Source of the DNA: Candidatus Peregrinibacteria bacterium
Lineage (GTDB): Bacteria; Patescibacteriota; Gracilibacteria; UBA1369; UBA12473
Assembly (NCBI GenBank): GCA_018659585.1
Contig: JABJMC010000022.1
Location: 9,104 to 73,103 of the forward strand
Direction: 5' to 3'
Length of the DNA stretch: 64,000 bases
The notes below the pieces were generated by a model, which was not told the DNA's origin, ran no database searches, and worked only from the letters and a program-made list of their open reading frames with translations. Below, piece by piece: positions 1 through 9,100 of the stretch; within the stretch, counting starts at the first letter, position 1; every line of letters begins with the position of its first letter. Position numbers and translations under genes: made by a program.

Positions 1-569
1 CAATTACCATAAGGGCGGAGATCTCTTATCGCAAAATTTTATTGCTACCTTTAGTAATTTTTATTATAGGACAATCATTTTTTATGTTTATGATGCATCC
101 CTCTTGGTCTACAGGGGCTGAACCATTTGATTTTGATTTAAGTAAACCAATTATTGAAACAATAGATAGAAATATTAGAAGCTTTGAAGCTAACGGCTTG
201 CCTGAAATAGCAAACTATATAAATGAAAACGGAACAGATAAAAACGCGCTACTTGTTAATAGTGATATTGCACATATTGCTTATCGTTTACCTTGTAGAG
301 TAGATAATTTTAGCCATTTAGTAATGAGAACACCTTTATTAAAACAAATGGATGAGTTTCTTGAATATTTAAGTTGGGCCGGAATTGATTATATTATTTA
401 TCCTACCGACTATATTGATAATCCGTGTAGTGATAGTAGTAGCTGTTATATAGAAGGTGAATATGATTTAATTCAATCCTTAATCAATAATGAGGAAGTT
501 TTAATGATAGAAGATAGAAATTTCCATCTTCTTGATATATCTCCTCTTAATAATGATTTTAATTTTTAA
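1..569 (+). CDS. Hypothetical protein, 3' part of a gene that probably starts left of the window (possible extracytoplasmic tail of a membrane glycosyltransferase)
   Basis: The frame of ORF 42..569 has no stop back to nt 3. It has one hydrophobic segment (LPLVIFIIGQSFFMFMM) followed by a soluble acidic domain. I recognise no motif; the functional guess rests only on neighbouring glycan genes. Confidence 0.35.
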   Translation, partial: ITIRAEISYRKILLLPLVIFIIGQSFFMFMMHPSWSTGAEPFDFDLSKPIIETIDRNIRSFEANGLPEIANYINENGTDKNALLVNSDIAHIAYRLPCRVDNFSHLVMRTPLLKQMDEFLEYLSWAGIDYIIYPTDYIDNPCSDSSSCYIEGEYDLIQSLINNEEVLMIEDRNFHLLDISPLNNDFNF

Positions 570-1083
570 GTGTTCTTTTTTTAATAACTTTGGCTGGGAC
601 ACCTGCGGCAATTGTATAAGGAGGGATATTTTTTGACACCACTGAACCAGCACCAATAATAGCTCCTTCGCCAATGGTTACTCCTCCTAATATGATGCTT
701 TTACCACCAATCCAAACGTATTTCTCGATAGTAACAGTTTTACCAACTACCGGCAGATTTAGGTAATTATGATCATGACCCCCAGCAAATATAGTAACAT
801 CTGGTCCAATGGCAACATGATCTTTAATAATGATTTCCACGTTTTTTACTTGTTGGATTGGGAAAAATTTTGAGCCTCGATTAACAGAGACATGACTGCC
901 AATTTGAATTTTTGATGGATAGCGGAAATAGGTTCGGTAATCGATAAATGTTTTTTTGCCTAGTTTTTTAAATAATAATTTAAAAACCAAATTTCTAAAA
1001 AATGGCGGGCTGATTTCTAAGAAAAGAAACAGAATATTATATAGATATGAATAAGCTAAAAAAAACCTTTTTTTGATGGTCAT
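559..1083 (-). CDS. Hexapeptide-repeat (left-handed beta-helix) sugar O/N-acetyltransferase
   Basis: The C-terminal half is made of imperfect hexads: IGPDVTIFAGG...VWIGGKSIILGGVTIGEGAIIGAGSVVSKNIPPYTIAAGVPAKVI. This is typical of WbbJ/Maa/LacA-type acetyltransferases. Confidence 0.75.
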   Translation of the reverse strand: MTIKKRFFLAYSYLYNILFLFLEISPPFFRNLVFKLLFKKLGKKTFIDYRTYFRYPSKIQIGSHVSVNRGSKFFPIQQVKNVEIIIKDHVAIGPDVTIFAGGHDHNYLNLPVVGKTVTIEKYVWIGGKSIILGGVTIGEGAIIGAGSVVSKNIPPYTIAAGVPAKVIKKRTLKN

Positions 1084-1155
1084 ATAAAAATATTTTTACT
1101 TATGGTGTATTATAGCTTTTGTTAGTTTTGATAAGCAAATACTAATAAATGACTT

Positions 1156-2085
1156 ATGAAAAAAATTTCAGTAGTAATACCTGTTTATAACAGTGAGAAG
1201 ATTGTGGGGACAACTGCAAAAAATGTAGTTAGTTTTTTTGAAAATCAAAATTTAGACTATGAAATTATTTTAATTAATGATCATAGTCCAGATGGTAGTT
1301 GGAAGATCGTGAAGGAGTTGGCGCAAAAATATCCACATATCATTGCTATTAATTTGCTTAAAAATTATGGGCAGCATAATGCGATTTTTTGTGGTTTTTG
1401 CCATGCGACCGGAGATTACGTGGTAACCATGGATGATGATATGCAAAACCCTCCAGAGGAAATAATTCATTTACTAAACAAAGCAAAAGAGGGTCATGAT
1501 GTAGTTTTTGGAAAATTTAGAAAGAAAAAACACAGCTTAAAGAGAAGATTAGGTACAAAAATTATTGGTTATCTTAATTTTAAAATTTTTAATAAACCCA
1601 AAAATATTACGTTAACCAATTTTCGTTTAATCCGACGCGATGTAATTGAAAGGGTGATTAATTATCAGACGGCTTTCCCGTATATTCCAGGATTAGTTTT
1701 AATGTTTTCGCATAATGTGGGCAACGTGATGGTGGAGCATCGAGCGCGTGAAATTGGAAAATCTAATTATAGTCTATTTAAAATTTCAAAATTGGTGGGA
1801 GCACTATTGTTTAATTATTCTTCTTATCCCATTAAACTTTTTACCGCGGCCGGTTTTGTTGTGTCTTTGGTGAGTTTTCTTTTAGGACTTCGGTTTTTAA
1901 TATTTGGGTTGATATTTGGCTCTTCTGTGCCAGGTTGGACAACAGTGGTGGTGTTGGTTTCTTTTTTGGGTGGTTTTATTATTTTGATGTTAGGAATGAT
2001 AGGCGAGTATTTAGCGCGAGTTTTAAATCAAGTTACTTCAAACAAAGGCTTTATTGTAAAAGAGATAATTAATAACGATGACTAA
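1156..2085 (+). CDS. GT2 polyprenyl-phosphate glycosyltransferase (ArnC/GtrB/DPM1 type)
   Basis: N-terminal ISVVIPVYNSE and INDHSPDGS motifs, the DDDMQNPPE signature, and two C-terminal TM helices (FTAAGFVVSLVSFLLGL, TTVVVLVSFLGGFIILMLGMIGEY). Confidence 0.75.
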   Translation: MKKISVVIPVYNSEKIVGTTAKNVVSFFENQNLDYEIILINDHSPDGSWKIVKELAQKYPHIIAINLLKNYGQHNAIFCGFCHATGDYVVTMDDDMQNPPEEIIHLLNKAKEGHDVVFGKFRKKKHSLKRRLGTKIIGYLNFKIFNKPKNITLTNFRLIRRDVIERVINYQTAFPYIPGLVLMFSHNVGNVMVEHRAREIGKSNYSLFKISKLVGALLFNYSSYPIKLFTAAGFVVSLVSFLLGLRFLIFGLIFGSSVPGWTTVVVLVSFLGGFIILMLGMIGEYLARVLNQVTSNKGFIVKEIINNDD

Positions 2086-2818
2086 TAATCATTTTTTTAT
2101 TGTAGGCGCACAACGGAGCGGTACTACTTACTTATATAGTGTTTTGGATGAGCATTCGGAAATACTTATGGCTAAACCTGTTAAACCAGAGCCTAAATTT
2201 TTTCTTTCTGAGGATTACAACAAAGGAATTGATTTTTATGAAAATAAATATTTTAGCAAAATTGAAAGTGATGTTAAAACCCTGGGTGAAAAAAGCACTA
2301 GCTATTATGAGAGTGAAGTAGTCCCGGATAGGATCAAGAATTATTTTCCAGAAGCTAAAATAATTTTTATATTAAGAGATCCAATACAACGAGCACTTTC
2401 AAATTACTACTTTAGTGTGAATAACGGTCTTGAAAAAAGAACAATTAGTGAAGTCTTTTTAGAAAAAATCCCACCAGAAACATATCCTGACCATATTTCA
2501 ACTGACCCATTTAATTATTTAGGGCGCGGTGAATATATGAAGTTTATTAAAAAGTATTTGGATTGTTTTGGTGAAAAAAATGTAAAAATTCTAATTTTTG
2601 AAAGACTAATAGGAAACATTAATCAGGTGCAGGGATTATATGAATACTTGGAAGTGGATAGAAATTTTGAACCAACTTTACTAGGTCAAAAAACAAATAC
2701 TGGAAAAGATAAAGAGGTTGTTAGTGAGAAAGTTCTAAAGAAGTTAAAGAATTATTTTCAACCTTACAATAAAACTTTGAAAGAATATTTAGGTGATAAC
2801 TTAACTGAGTGGCTATGA
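2078..2818 (+). CDS. PAPS-dependent sulfotransferase (Sulfotransfer_1/3-like)
   Basis: 5'-PSB-like loop FFIVGAQRSGTTYLY and 3'-PB-like FILRDPIQRALSNYY. The protein is soluble. Its start overlaps the upstream gene by 8 nt. Confidence 0.7.
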   Translation: MTNNHFFIVGAQRSGTTYLYSVLDEHSEILMAKPVKPEPKFFLSEDYNKGIDFYENKYFSKIESDVKTLGEKSTSYYESEVVPDRIKNYFPEAKIIFILRDPIQRALSNYYFSVNNGLEKRTISEVFLEKIPPETYPDHISTDPFNYLGRGEYMKFIKKYLDCFGEKNVKILIFERLIGNINQVQGLYEYLEVDRNFEPTLLGQKTNTGKDKEVVSEKVLKKLKNYFQPYNKTLKEYLGDNLTEWL

Positions 2819-3168
2819 TTAAGTTTTTTTTAGTTTTTTTTACGGTTTTATTACAAGTGTTATCAGCATTAATTGTTGATCATGCATCTTCTTTGGGTGA
2901 GACTTTAACTTTAATGGCAGGTGTTTTAATTGGCTTAGCTTTTTTGGTGAATGCTTTAAAGTTTGTGGGATGGGGAGTAATTCATAAAAGATTTGATTTA
3001 AGTAAAAGTTACCCCATCACAGCGGTATTTTTCCCTTTAATTTATGGGGTAGCACTTTTTAAAGGAGAGGCAGAAATTGAGTTTGCTAAAATTATAGGAA
3101 TAATTTTTATAATCATTGGAGTGATTCTTATTCAAAAAAAGGTTAATAATAAAAAAATTAATATATGA
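2815..3168 (+). CDS. Small 4-TM SMR/EamA-half membrane protein, ArnE-like flippase subunit
   Basis: About 117 aa and four hydrophobic helices. It carries LSKSYPITAV...GEAEIEFAKIIGIIFIIIGVILI, resembling the EamA/ArnE motif. The ATG at 2815 makes an ATGA overlap with the upstream stop; a GTG at 2809 is an alternative start. Confidence 0.5.
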   Translation: MIKFFLVFFTVLLQVLSALIVDHASSLGETLTLMAGVLIGLAFLVNALKFVGWGVIHKRFDLSKSYPITAVFFPLIYGVALFKGEAEIEFAKIIGIIFIIIGVILIQKKVNNKKINI

Positions 3169-3488
3169 CTTTGTCTTTAGTCTTTTTAGGTTTAGCAATT
3201 ATGTTCACAGTATTGGGGCAATTCTTTTACAAAAAATATTTTTTGACTAAGAATATAACTTTAGTAGGAATTTCATTGTTTTGTTTTGTTTTAGTCCCTT
3301 ATTGTAGTTATAGAGCATTAATAAATCTTCCTATAGACGTAGTATATGTTTCAACAGCTTTATCTATTATTTTGGCGGTAGCTTTGGCGGTGATATTTTT
3401 GAAAGAAAAATTAACCAAGCAAGAAGTGTATGGAATGGCGGCTATTATAGTTGGTATTTTGCTGTATAATTTCGGTGCTTTTATATAG
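3165..3488 (+). CDS. Small 4-TM SMR/EamA-half membrane protein, ArnF-like flippase subunit
   Basis: 107 aa, four helices, ending ...LKEKLTKQEVYGMAAIIVGILLY. It has an ATGA overlap with the preceding gene and is paired with ORF 2815..3168, as ArnE/ArnF are. Confidence 0.5.
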   Translation: MTLSLVFLGLAIMFTVLGQFFYKKYFLTKNITLVGISLFCFVLVPYCSYRALINLPIDVVYVSTALSIILAVALAVIFLKEKLTKQEVYGMAAIIVGILLYNFGAFI

Positions 3489-3494
3489 AATTAA

Positions 3495-4622
3495 ATGATT
3501 AAATTTAATAGGCCAGTAATTTTAGGATCTGAGGGGGATTATTTACAACGGGCTTTTGATAATGGAAAACTTACCGGAGATGGACCCTTTAATGAGGAAT
3601 GTGGCCAATGGTTTGAGGATAATTTTGGTTGTGCAAAGGCTTTGCTTGCTACTTCTTGTACAGCTGCGCTCGAAATGGCAGCAATTCTGTGTAATATTCA
3701 GCCCGGGGATGAGGTGATTATGCCTTCTTATACTTTTGTTTCAACGGCGAATGCTTTTGTGTTGCGTGGAGCTAAAATTGTATTTGTCGATGTGCGACCG
3801 GATACTATGAATATCGATGAAAATTTAATTGAAGCCGCGATTACTGATAAAACAAAGGCGATCGCACCAGTACATTATGCCGGCGTCGCGTGTGAGATGG
3901 ATCGAATTATGGAAATTGCACGTGAGCATAATTTAAAAGTGATCGAAGATGCCGCCCAGGGCATGATGGCTAAATACAAAGGTAAATGGCTGGGGACGAT
4001 TGGAGATATTGGCTGTTATAGTTTCCATGAAACTAAAAACTATACTTGTGGTGAGGGAGGAGCGATTTTGTTAAATGATGAGGCCTTGGTTGAACGAGCA
4101 GAAATAATTCGCGAAAAAGGAACTAATCGTTCTAAATTTTTCCGCGGACAAGTAGATAAATATACTTGGGTGGATGTTGGGTCTAGTTATTTACCAAGCG
4201 AATTAAATGCTGCTTATCTAATACCTCAGTTAAAAAAAGCTCAAGCGATTAACGAAGATCGTCTCAAAAGTTGGGAATTGTATTTTGAATTATTAAGTCC
4301 GCTGGCTGAAGCGAGCAAAGTTGAATTGCCAGTTATTCCAGAAGGTTGTGAGCACAATGCCCACATGTTTTATCTGAAAGTGAAGGATTTGCAAGAAAGA
4401 ACAGCCCTACTAAAACATTTACGTGAACACGAAATTGGAGCTGTTTTTCATTATATCCCATTGCATTCTTCGACAGCGGGGCAGGAATTTGGGGTTTTCT
4501 ATGGAGAAGATAGATATACCACCAAAGATAGTGAACGACTTTTTCGTTTGCCTATGTATTATGGTTTAGCTGAGAAGGATATTAAGACTGTAGTCCAGGC
4601 AATTGAAGCTTTCTATTTGTAG
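3495..4622 (+). CDS. wecE: DegT/DnrJ/EryC1-family PLP sugar aminotransferase, WecE/RffA type (dTDP-4-oxo-6-deoxy-D-glucose transaminase)
   Basis: Long strings match WecE as I remember it: QPGDEVIMPSYTFVSTANAFVLRGAKIVFVDVRPDTMNIDE, PVHYAGVACEMD, SFHETKNYT (PLP lysine), IIREKGTNRS.FFRGQVDKYTW, NAHMFY, FHYIPLH, EDRYTTK.SERL.RLP. Confidence 0.8.
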   Translation: MIKFNRPVILGSEGDYLQRAFDNGKLTGDGPFNEECGQWFEDNFGCAKALLATSCTAALEMAAILCNIQPGDEVIMPSYTFVSTANAFVLRGAKIVFVDVRPDTMNIDENLIEAAITDKTKAIAPVHYAGVACEMDRIMEIAREHNLKVIEDAAQGMMAKYKGKWLGTIGDIGCYSFHETKNYTCGEGGAILLNDEALVERAEIIREKGTNRSKFFRGQVDKYTWVDVGSSYLPSELNAAYLIPQLKKAQAINEDRLKSWELYFELLSPLAEASKVELPVIPEGCEHNAHMFYLKVKDLQERTALLKHLREHEIGAVFHYIPLHSSTAGQEFGVFYGEDRYTTKDSERLFRLPMYYGLAEKDIKTVVQAIEAFYL

Positions 4623-5367
4623 CCAGTATTCCTAAGCGATTGCGGGGCTCTTCTTGATTATAGACGAGTGGCACACCGTTAACACCAGTTATCTCTCCTC
4701 CAGCCTCTTTAAGGATAATTTCTAGGGCACAACTGTCCCACTCCCCCATTCTATCAGTTGGATTGACGAAAAAGTCGGCTTCACCAGCCGCTATTTTACC
4801 AATTTTAATACCATTGCTGCCACATTTAACCATTTGGGAGATGCCAACCTTATTTAAAATGGCGAGAGTCTCGTCGCTTAGGTGATTGCGGCTAATAATA
4901 GCTCTAGCTTCGCTTAAATTAGTTATATTTGAAACTTGAAGTTTTGTTTCTTTATCTCCTTCAACAAGATATGAACCCTGGTCCTTAATCCCGTAATACA
5001 ATTTATCTTGAGCGGGCTGATAAACAATCCCTAACACCGGCACATTATCTTCTAACAATCCAACCATTATCGAAAACTCATCTGTTTTTTGAATAAAATC
5101 CATCGTTCCATCCAATGGATCCACCACCCAAACTTTTTTTGCAGTCAATCGTGAATGATCATCCTTACTTTCTTCAGAAAGAATCGGATATCCATATTTC
5201 TCCAAATGATTACAAATCATTTCATTCGCCAATAAATCCGCTTTTGTAACCGGTGATCTATCTTTTTTTTCTTGAATACCATGATCTTCGTCATAGATTT
5301 TCATTATCTCCTCGCCAGCCTGCCTAACAACCGGGATTATTTCATCCAAAAGCTTTTTCATGCTCAC
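4582..5367 (-). CDS. cysQ: 3'(2'),5'-bisphosphate nucleotidase (PAP phosphatase), CysQ type
   Basis: Inositol-monophosphatase fold motifs are present: DRSPVTKADLLANEMI, ILSEES, WVVDPLDGTMDFI, WDSCALEIILKEAGG. The SPVT.AD form is CysQ-like rather than SuhB-like. It has a 41-nt convergent overlap with wecE. Confidence 0.7.
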   Translation of the reverse strand: MSMKKLLDEIIPVVRQAGEEIMKIYDEDHGIQEKKDRSPVTKADLLANEMICNHLEKYGYPILSEESKDDHSRLTAKKVWVVDPLDGTMDFIQKTDEFSIMVGLLEDNVPVLGIVYQPAQDKLYYGIKDQGSYLVEGDKETKLQVSNITNLSEARAIISRNHLSDETLAILNKVGISQMVKCGSNGIKIGKIAAGEADFFVNPTDRMGEWDSCALEIILKEAGGEITGVNGVPLVYNQEEPRNRLGILATNRKLQLPGLQS

Positions 5368-5432
5368 ATTCTATGGGATATTGATAATAATCGCTAGATG
5401 TGGAAGAATCCTTGTGCCTAATCCATGTTCTT

Positions 5433-6101
5433 ATGCCTATATCGCACGACAAAAAGTTTATTTTTATACACCTAGTAAAAACCGCTGGTGACAGTATTGA
5501 AAAAACTTTGGACCTTCAAAAAGACAATGAACTTTATGGATTTGAAGATAAAGAAGGAACTTATTACAAAAACATAGGTGGAATGCTTTTAAGCTCTATC
5601 CGAGGATTAGACGGTGAAATGACTTGCTTACAACATTTACCAGCCATCGAAATCAAAAAACGTTATCCAAAAAAATGGGATTCCTATTTTAAGTTTGGCT
5701 TTGTCCGAAATCCCTGGGATGTAGTTGTTTCTTTATATAGCTACATCACTCAAAGCCGAAAAGACCTACACAAAATATGGGAAATAGATGAATCAACCTC
5801 TTTTCACGATTTTGTTATGAATGCTAAAGTCGGTTATTTCCCACAATTTATGTTTTTATGTCCGCAATGCGATTTTTTAATGGATAAAAGCAATAAACCT
5901 ATTGTCGATTTTATAGGAAGATTCGAGAACCTAGAAAATGACTTTCAAAAAGTTTGTGAAAAAATAGAAGTTACCGCTGAATTAAGAAAAACCAACAGCT
6001 CTAAACATAAACCCTACCAAGATTATTACGACGAAAAAACCAAGGTAAAAGTTGCTGATATTTTTGCCAAAGATATAGAGTATTTTAAATATAAATTCTA
6101 A
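5433..6101 (+). CDS. Sulfotransferase, family-2-like (carbohydrate sulfotransferase type)
   Basis: FIFIHLVKTAGDSIEKTL resembles the IHIPKTGGTS PAPS loop of Sulfotransfer_2, and FGFVRNPWDVVVSLYSY resembles its RNP..R..S motif. The ATG at 5433 is preferred; the track's GTG at 5400 is an alternative. Confidence 0.6.
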   Translation: MPISHDKKFIFIHLVKTAGDSIEKTLDLQKDNELYGFEDKEGTYYKNIGGMLLSSIRGLDGEMTCLQHLPAIEIKKRYPKKWDSYFKFGFVRNPWDVVVSLYSYITQSRKDLHKIWEIDESTSFHDFVMNAKVGYFPQFMFLCPQCDFLMDKSNKPIVDFIGRFENLENDFQKVCEKIEVTAELRKTNSSKHKPYQDYYDEKTKVKVADIFAKDIEYFKYKF

Positions 6102-6111
6102 CCTTTACACC

Positions 6112-9100
6112 GTGAATTCTTCTGATGAAGAAAAAAATATTGTCACTCAATTAAAAGCTGAACTTGCCGAAAAAACCAAATGGGCCTTTGCCTTAACTGA
6201 TGCCGTAGAAGCTCAAAAGGAAACCGGTGATAAATTAATATTTGAATTAGAAGAAAGAACCAAATGGGCCCAAGGCCTTGACCAAACGGTTGAAGAAAAA
6301 AACAAACTTATTAAAGATCTTCAAAAAGAATCTCAAGAACGAACTGAGTGGGCTCAAAAAATTGATAAAGAACTCACTAGAGAGAGAAAAGAAATTCAAA
6401 CTCTTAAATCTTCACTTCAAGAAAAGGAAGACTCCATCCAAAAACTACAAGCAAACCTTCAAGAAAGAGAAGACTCCATCCAAAAACTACAAGCAAACCT
6501 TCAAGAAAGAGAAGACTCCATCCAAAAACTACAAGCAAACCTTCAAGAAAGAGAAGACTCCATTCAAAAGCTACAAGCAAACCTTCAAGAAAGAGAAGAT
6601 TCTATCCAAAAACTACAAGCAAACCTTCAAGAAAGAGAAGACTCCATTCAAAAACTACAAGCAAACCTTCAAGAAAGAGAAGACTCCATTCAAAAACTAC
6701 AAGCAAACCTTCAAGAAAAAGAAGACTCCATTCAAAAACTACAAGCAAACCTTCAAGAAAGAGAAGACTCCATCCAAAAACTGCAAGCAAATCTCCAAGA
6801 AAGAGAAGACTCCATTCAAAAACTACAAGCAAGCCTTCAAGAAAAGGAAGACTTCATAAATAGGCTAAATTTCATCATTCAAGACCACGAAAACACTATC
6901 AACATTATCTTAAACTCCCGTAGTTATAAGTTAGGATATCTACTTATTCAACCATTAAGAATCCTAATCCCACCACGAAGCAAAAGAAGACTGCTCTGTA
7001 AAATGTTTTTAGGAGCCCTTAGAAATCCAATTAAATTCTTTAAAACTTTACGTCTAAAAAACATAAAGAAATTTTTAAGCGCCTCCAAAAAAGACGGTTA
7101 CGACATTTTAATTAAAAAATTCGACGATCATCTAAACCAACGAAACTTATCAGCTAAAAAATCTGGAGCTACCCCTGAAAGCATTAGCCTTTTCGACGAT
7201 AATTTAGACACCACTAAAACAATTAAATTCAAAAAACATAAAAATCCTTTGGTTTCTATTATTATTCCTGTTTATAACGCCTGGGATTACAACTACCGCT
7301 GCTTATTGTCTATTTTTGAAAACACTCACCCAGATATCTCCTACGAAATTATTATTGCTGATGATTGTTCCTCAGACACCACCAAAGATATTAAAAAACA
7401 CATTAAAAACATTAAAGTTGCGCGCCCTGAAGAAAACCTAGGCTTCTTAAAAAACTGTAATAACGCTGCTAAACAAGCCGTCGGAAAATACGTCTTCTTC
7501 CTTAATAATGATACTCAAGTCCAAAAAAACTGGCTTAAATCACTTGTGGATTTAATTGAAAGTGACAAATCAATCGGTATGGTTGGATCTAAACTAGTAT
7601 ACCCAGACGGAAGACTACAAGAGGCTGGAGGAATAATTTGGCAAGATGCCTCAGGGTGGAATTATGGCCGCCTAAACGACCCCAGCAACCCCGAATATAA
7701 CTATTTAAAAGAAGCCGACTACATCTCTGGCGCGGCCATTATGTTAAGCAAAAAACTATGGGATGAAATTGGAGGATTTGACGAAAGATACGTCCCTGCT
7801 TATTTCGAAGACAGTGATTTAGCCTTTGAAGTAAGAAAACACGACTTTAAAGTTGTATATCAACCACAATCAGTGGTGGTGCATTTCGAAGGAATTTCAC
7901 ACGGGACCGACGAAAATTCTGGCTTAAAAAAATACCAAGCAATTAACAAAGAAAAATTCATTGAAAAATGGAGAGAAACTTTAGAAAAAGAACACTTTGA
8001 AAACGGCCAAGACGTTTTTTGGGCCAGAGACAAAACTAAAGACAAGAAAACTATTCTAATTATTGACCATTACGTCCCACATTTTGACAAAGACGCTGGA
8101 TCCAGAACCATTTATCAATACATCGAATTATTTGTAAAACTCGGTTATAACGTTAAATTTTTGGGTGATAATTTTTATAAACACGAACCATACACTGAAC
8201 TACTTCAACAAATGGGAGTCGAAGTTCTTTATGGCGTTTGGTACTTAAAACACTGGCAAGACTGGATCAAAGAAAATTCCGCACAACTTGATTTTGTATA
8301 CCTACACCGAGGCCATATTGCCTCTAAATACGTTGATTTTATTAAAGAAAACACTGCTGCCAAAATTGTTTATAACGCCGTTGATTTTTCATTTTTAAGA
8401 GAATTAAGACAATACGCCATAACCAAAGATCCCCAATATCTTCGCCAGGCCAACCAAAGCAAAACACGAGAAATGAATATTTTTAATTTAAGTGACGTTA
8501 TTATTACGATAAGCGAACATGAAAAAGCCGTCCTAAAACAACAGCTCCCTCATAAACAAATCACTGTTATTCCTACCTTTATTTATGATGAAGAATTTCC
8601 GCTTAGCAAGAATAACAATTTCAATTCCAGAACGGATATCACTTTTGTTGGTGGTTTTAAACACGAACCAAATGAAGATGGAATACTATGGTTTTTAGAA
8701 AAAATATATCCAATTCTTCAAAAAACCATTCCCAAAACCAGAATCAATATCATTGGATCTGGTCCCACTGAAAAAATTCTTAAATTCCAATCTGATTTAA
8801 TAAATGTGACTGGTTTTGTTTCGGATGAAGAGCTAAAAGAATACTACTCCAAAACTCGAGTTATTATTGCCCCACTTCGATTTGGAGCCGGTGTTAAAGG
8901 TAAAATCATCGAAGCTATTGCCGAAGGAATTCCCACTGTAACCACAGTTGTTGGTGCCGAAGGAATTCCAGAAAGCAAAAATATTCTAAAAATAACTAAC
9001 AGTGAAGAAAAATTCGCTTCAAAAATCCTTAGCATTTATCAAGACAAAAAAACCTGGGAACAAATTAGAAACGATGAAATAAATTATTCCAATAAACTAT

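Noticed and set aside
6418-6858. Regular 42-bp repeat array that could be mistaken for a CRISPR array
   Set aside because: The units are directly adjacent with no spacers. They are in frame within a long ORF and encode a heptad-based peptide repeat. No cas genes are nearby.
6278-6859. Alternative-frame ORFs across the repeat array (193-aa K-rich on +, and 76-aa on - at 6602..6832)
   Set aside because: These are periodic artefacts of the tandem repeat, since any frame stays open. The main frame continues into bona fide GT2/GT4 domains.
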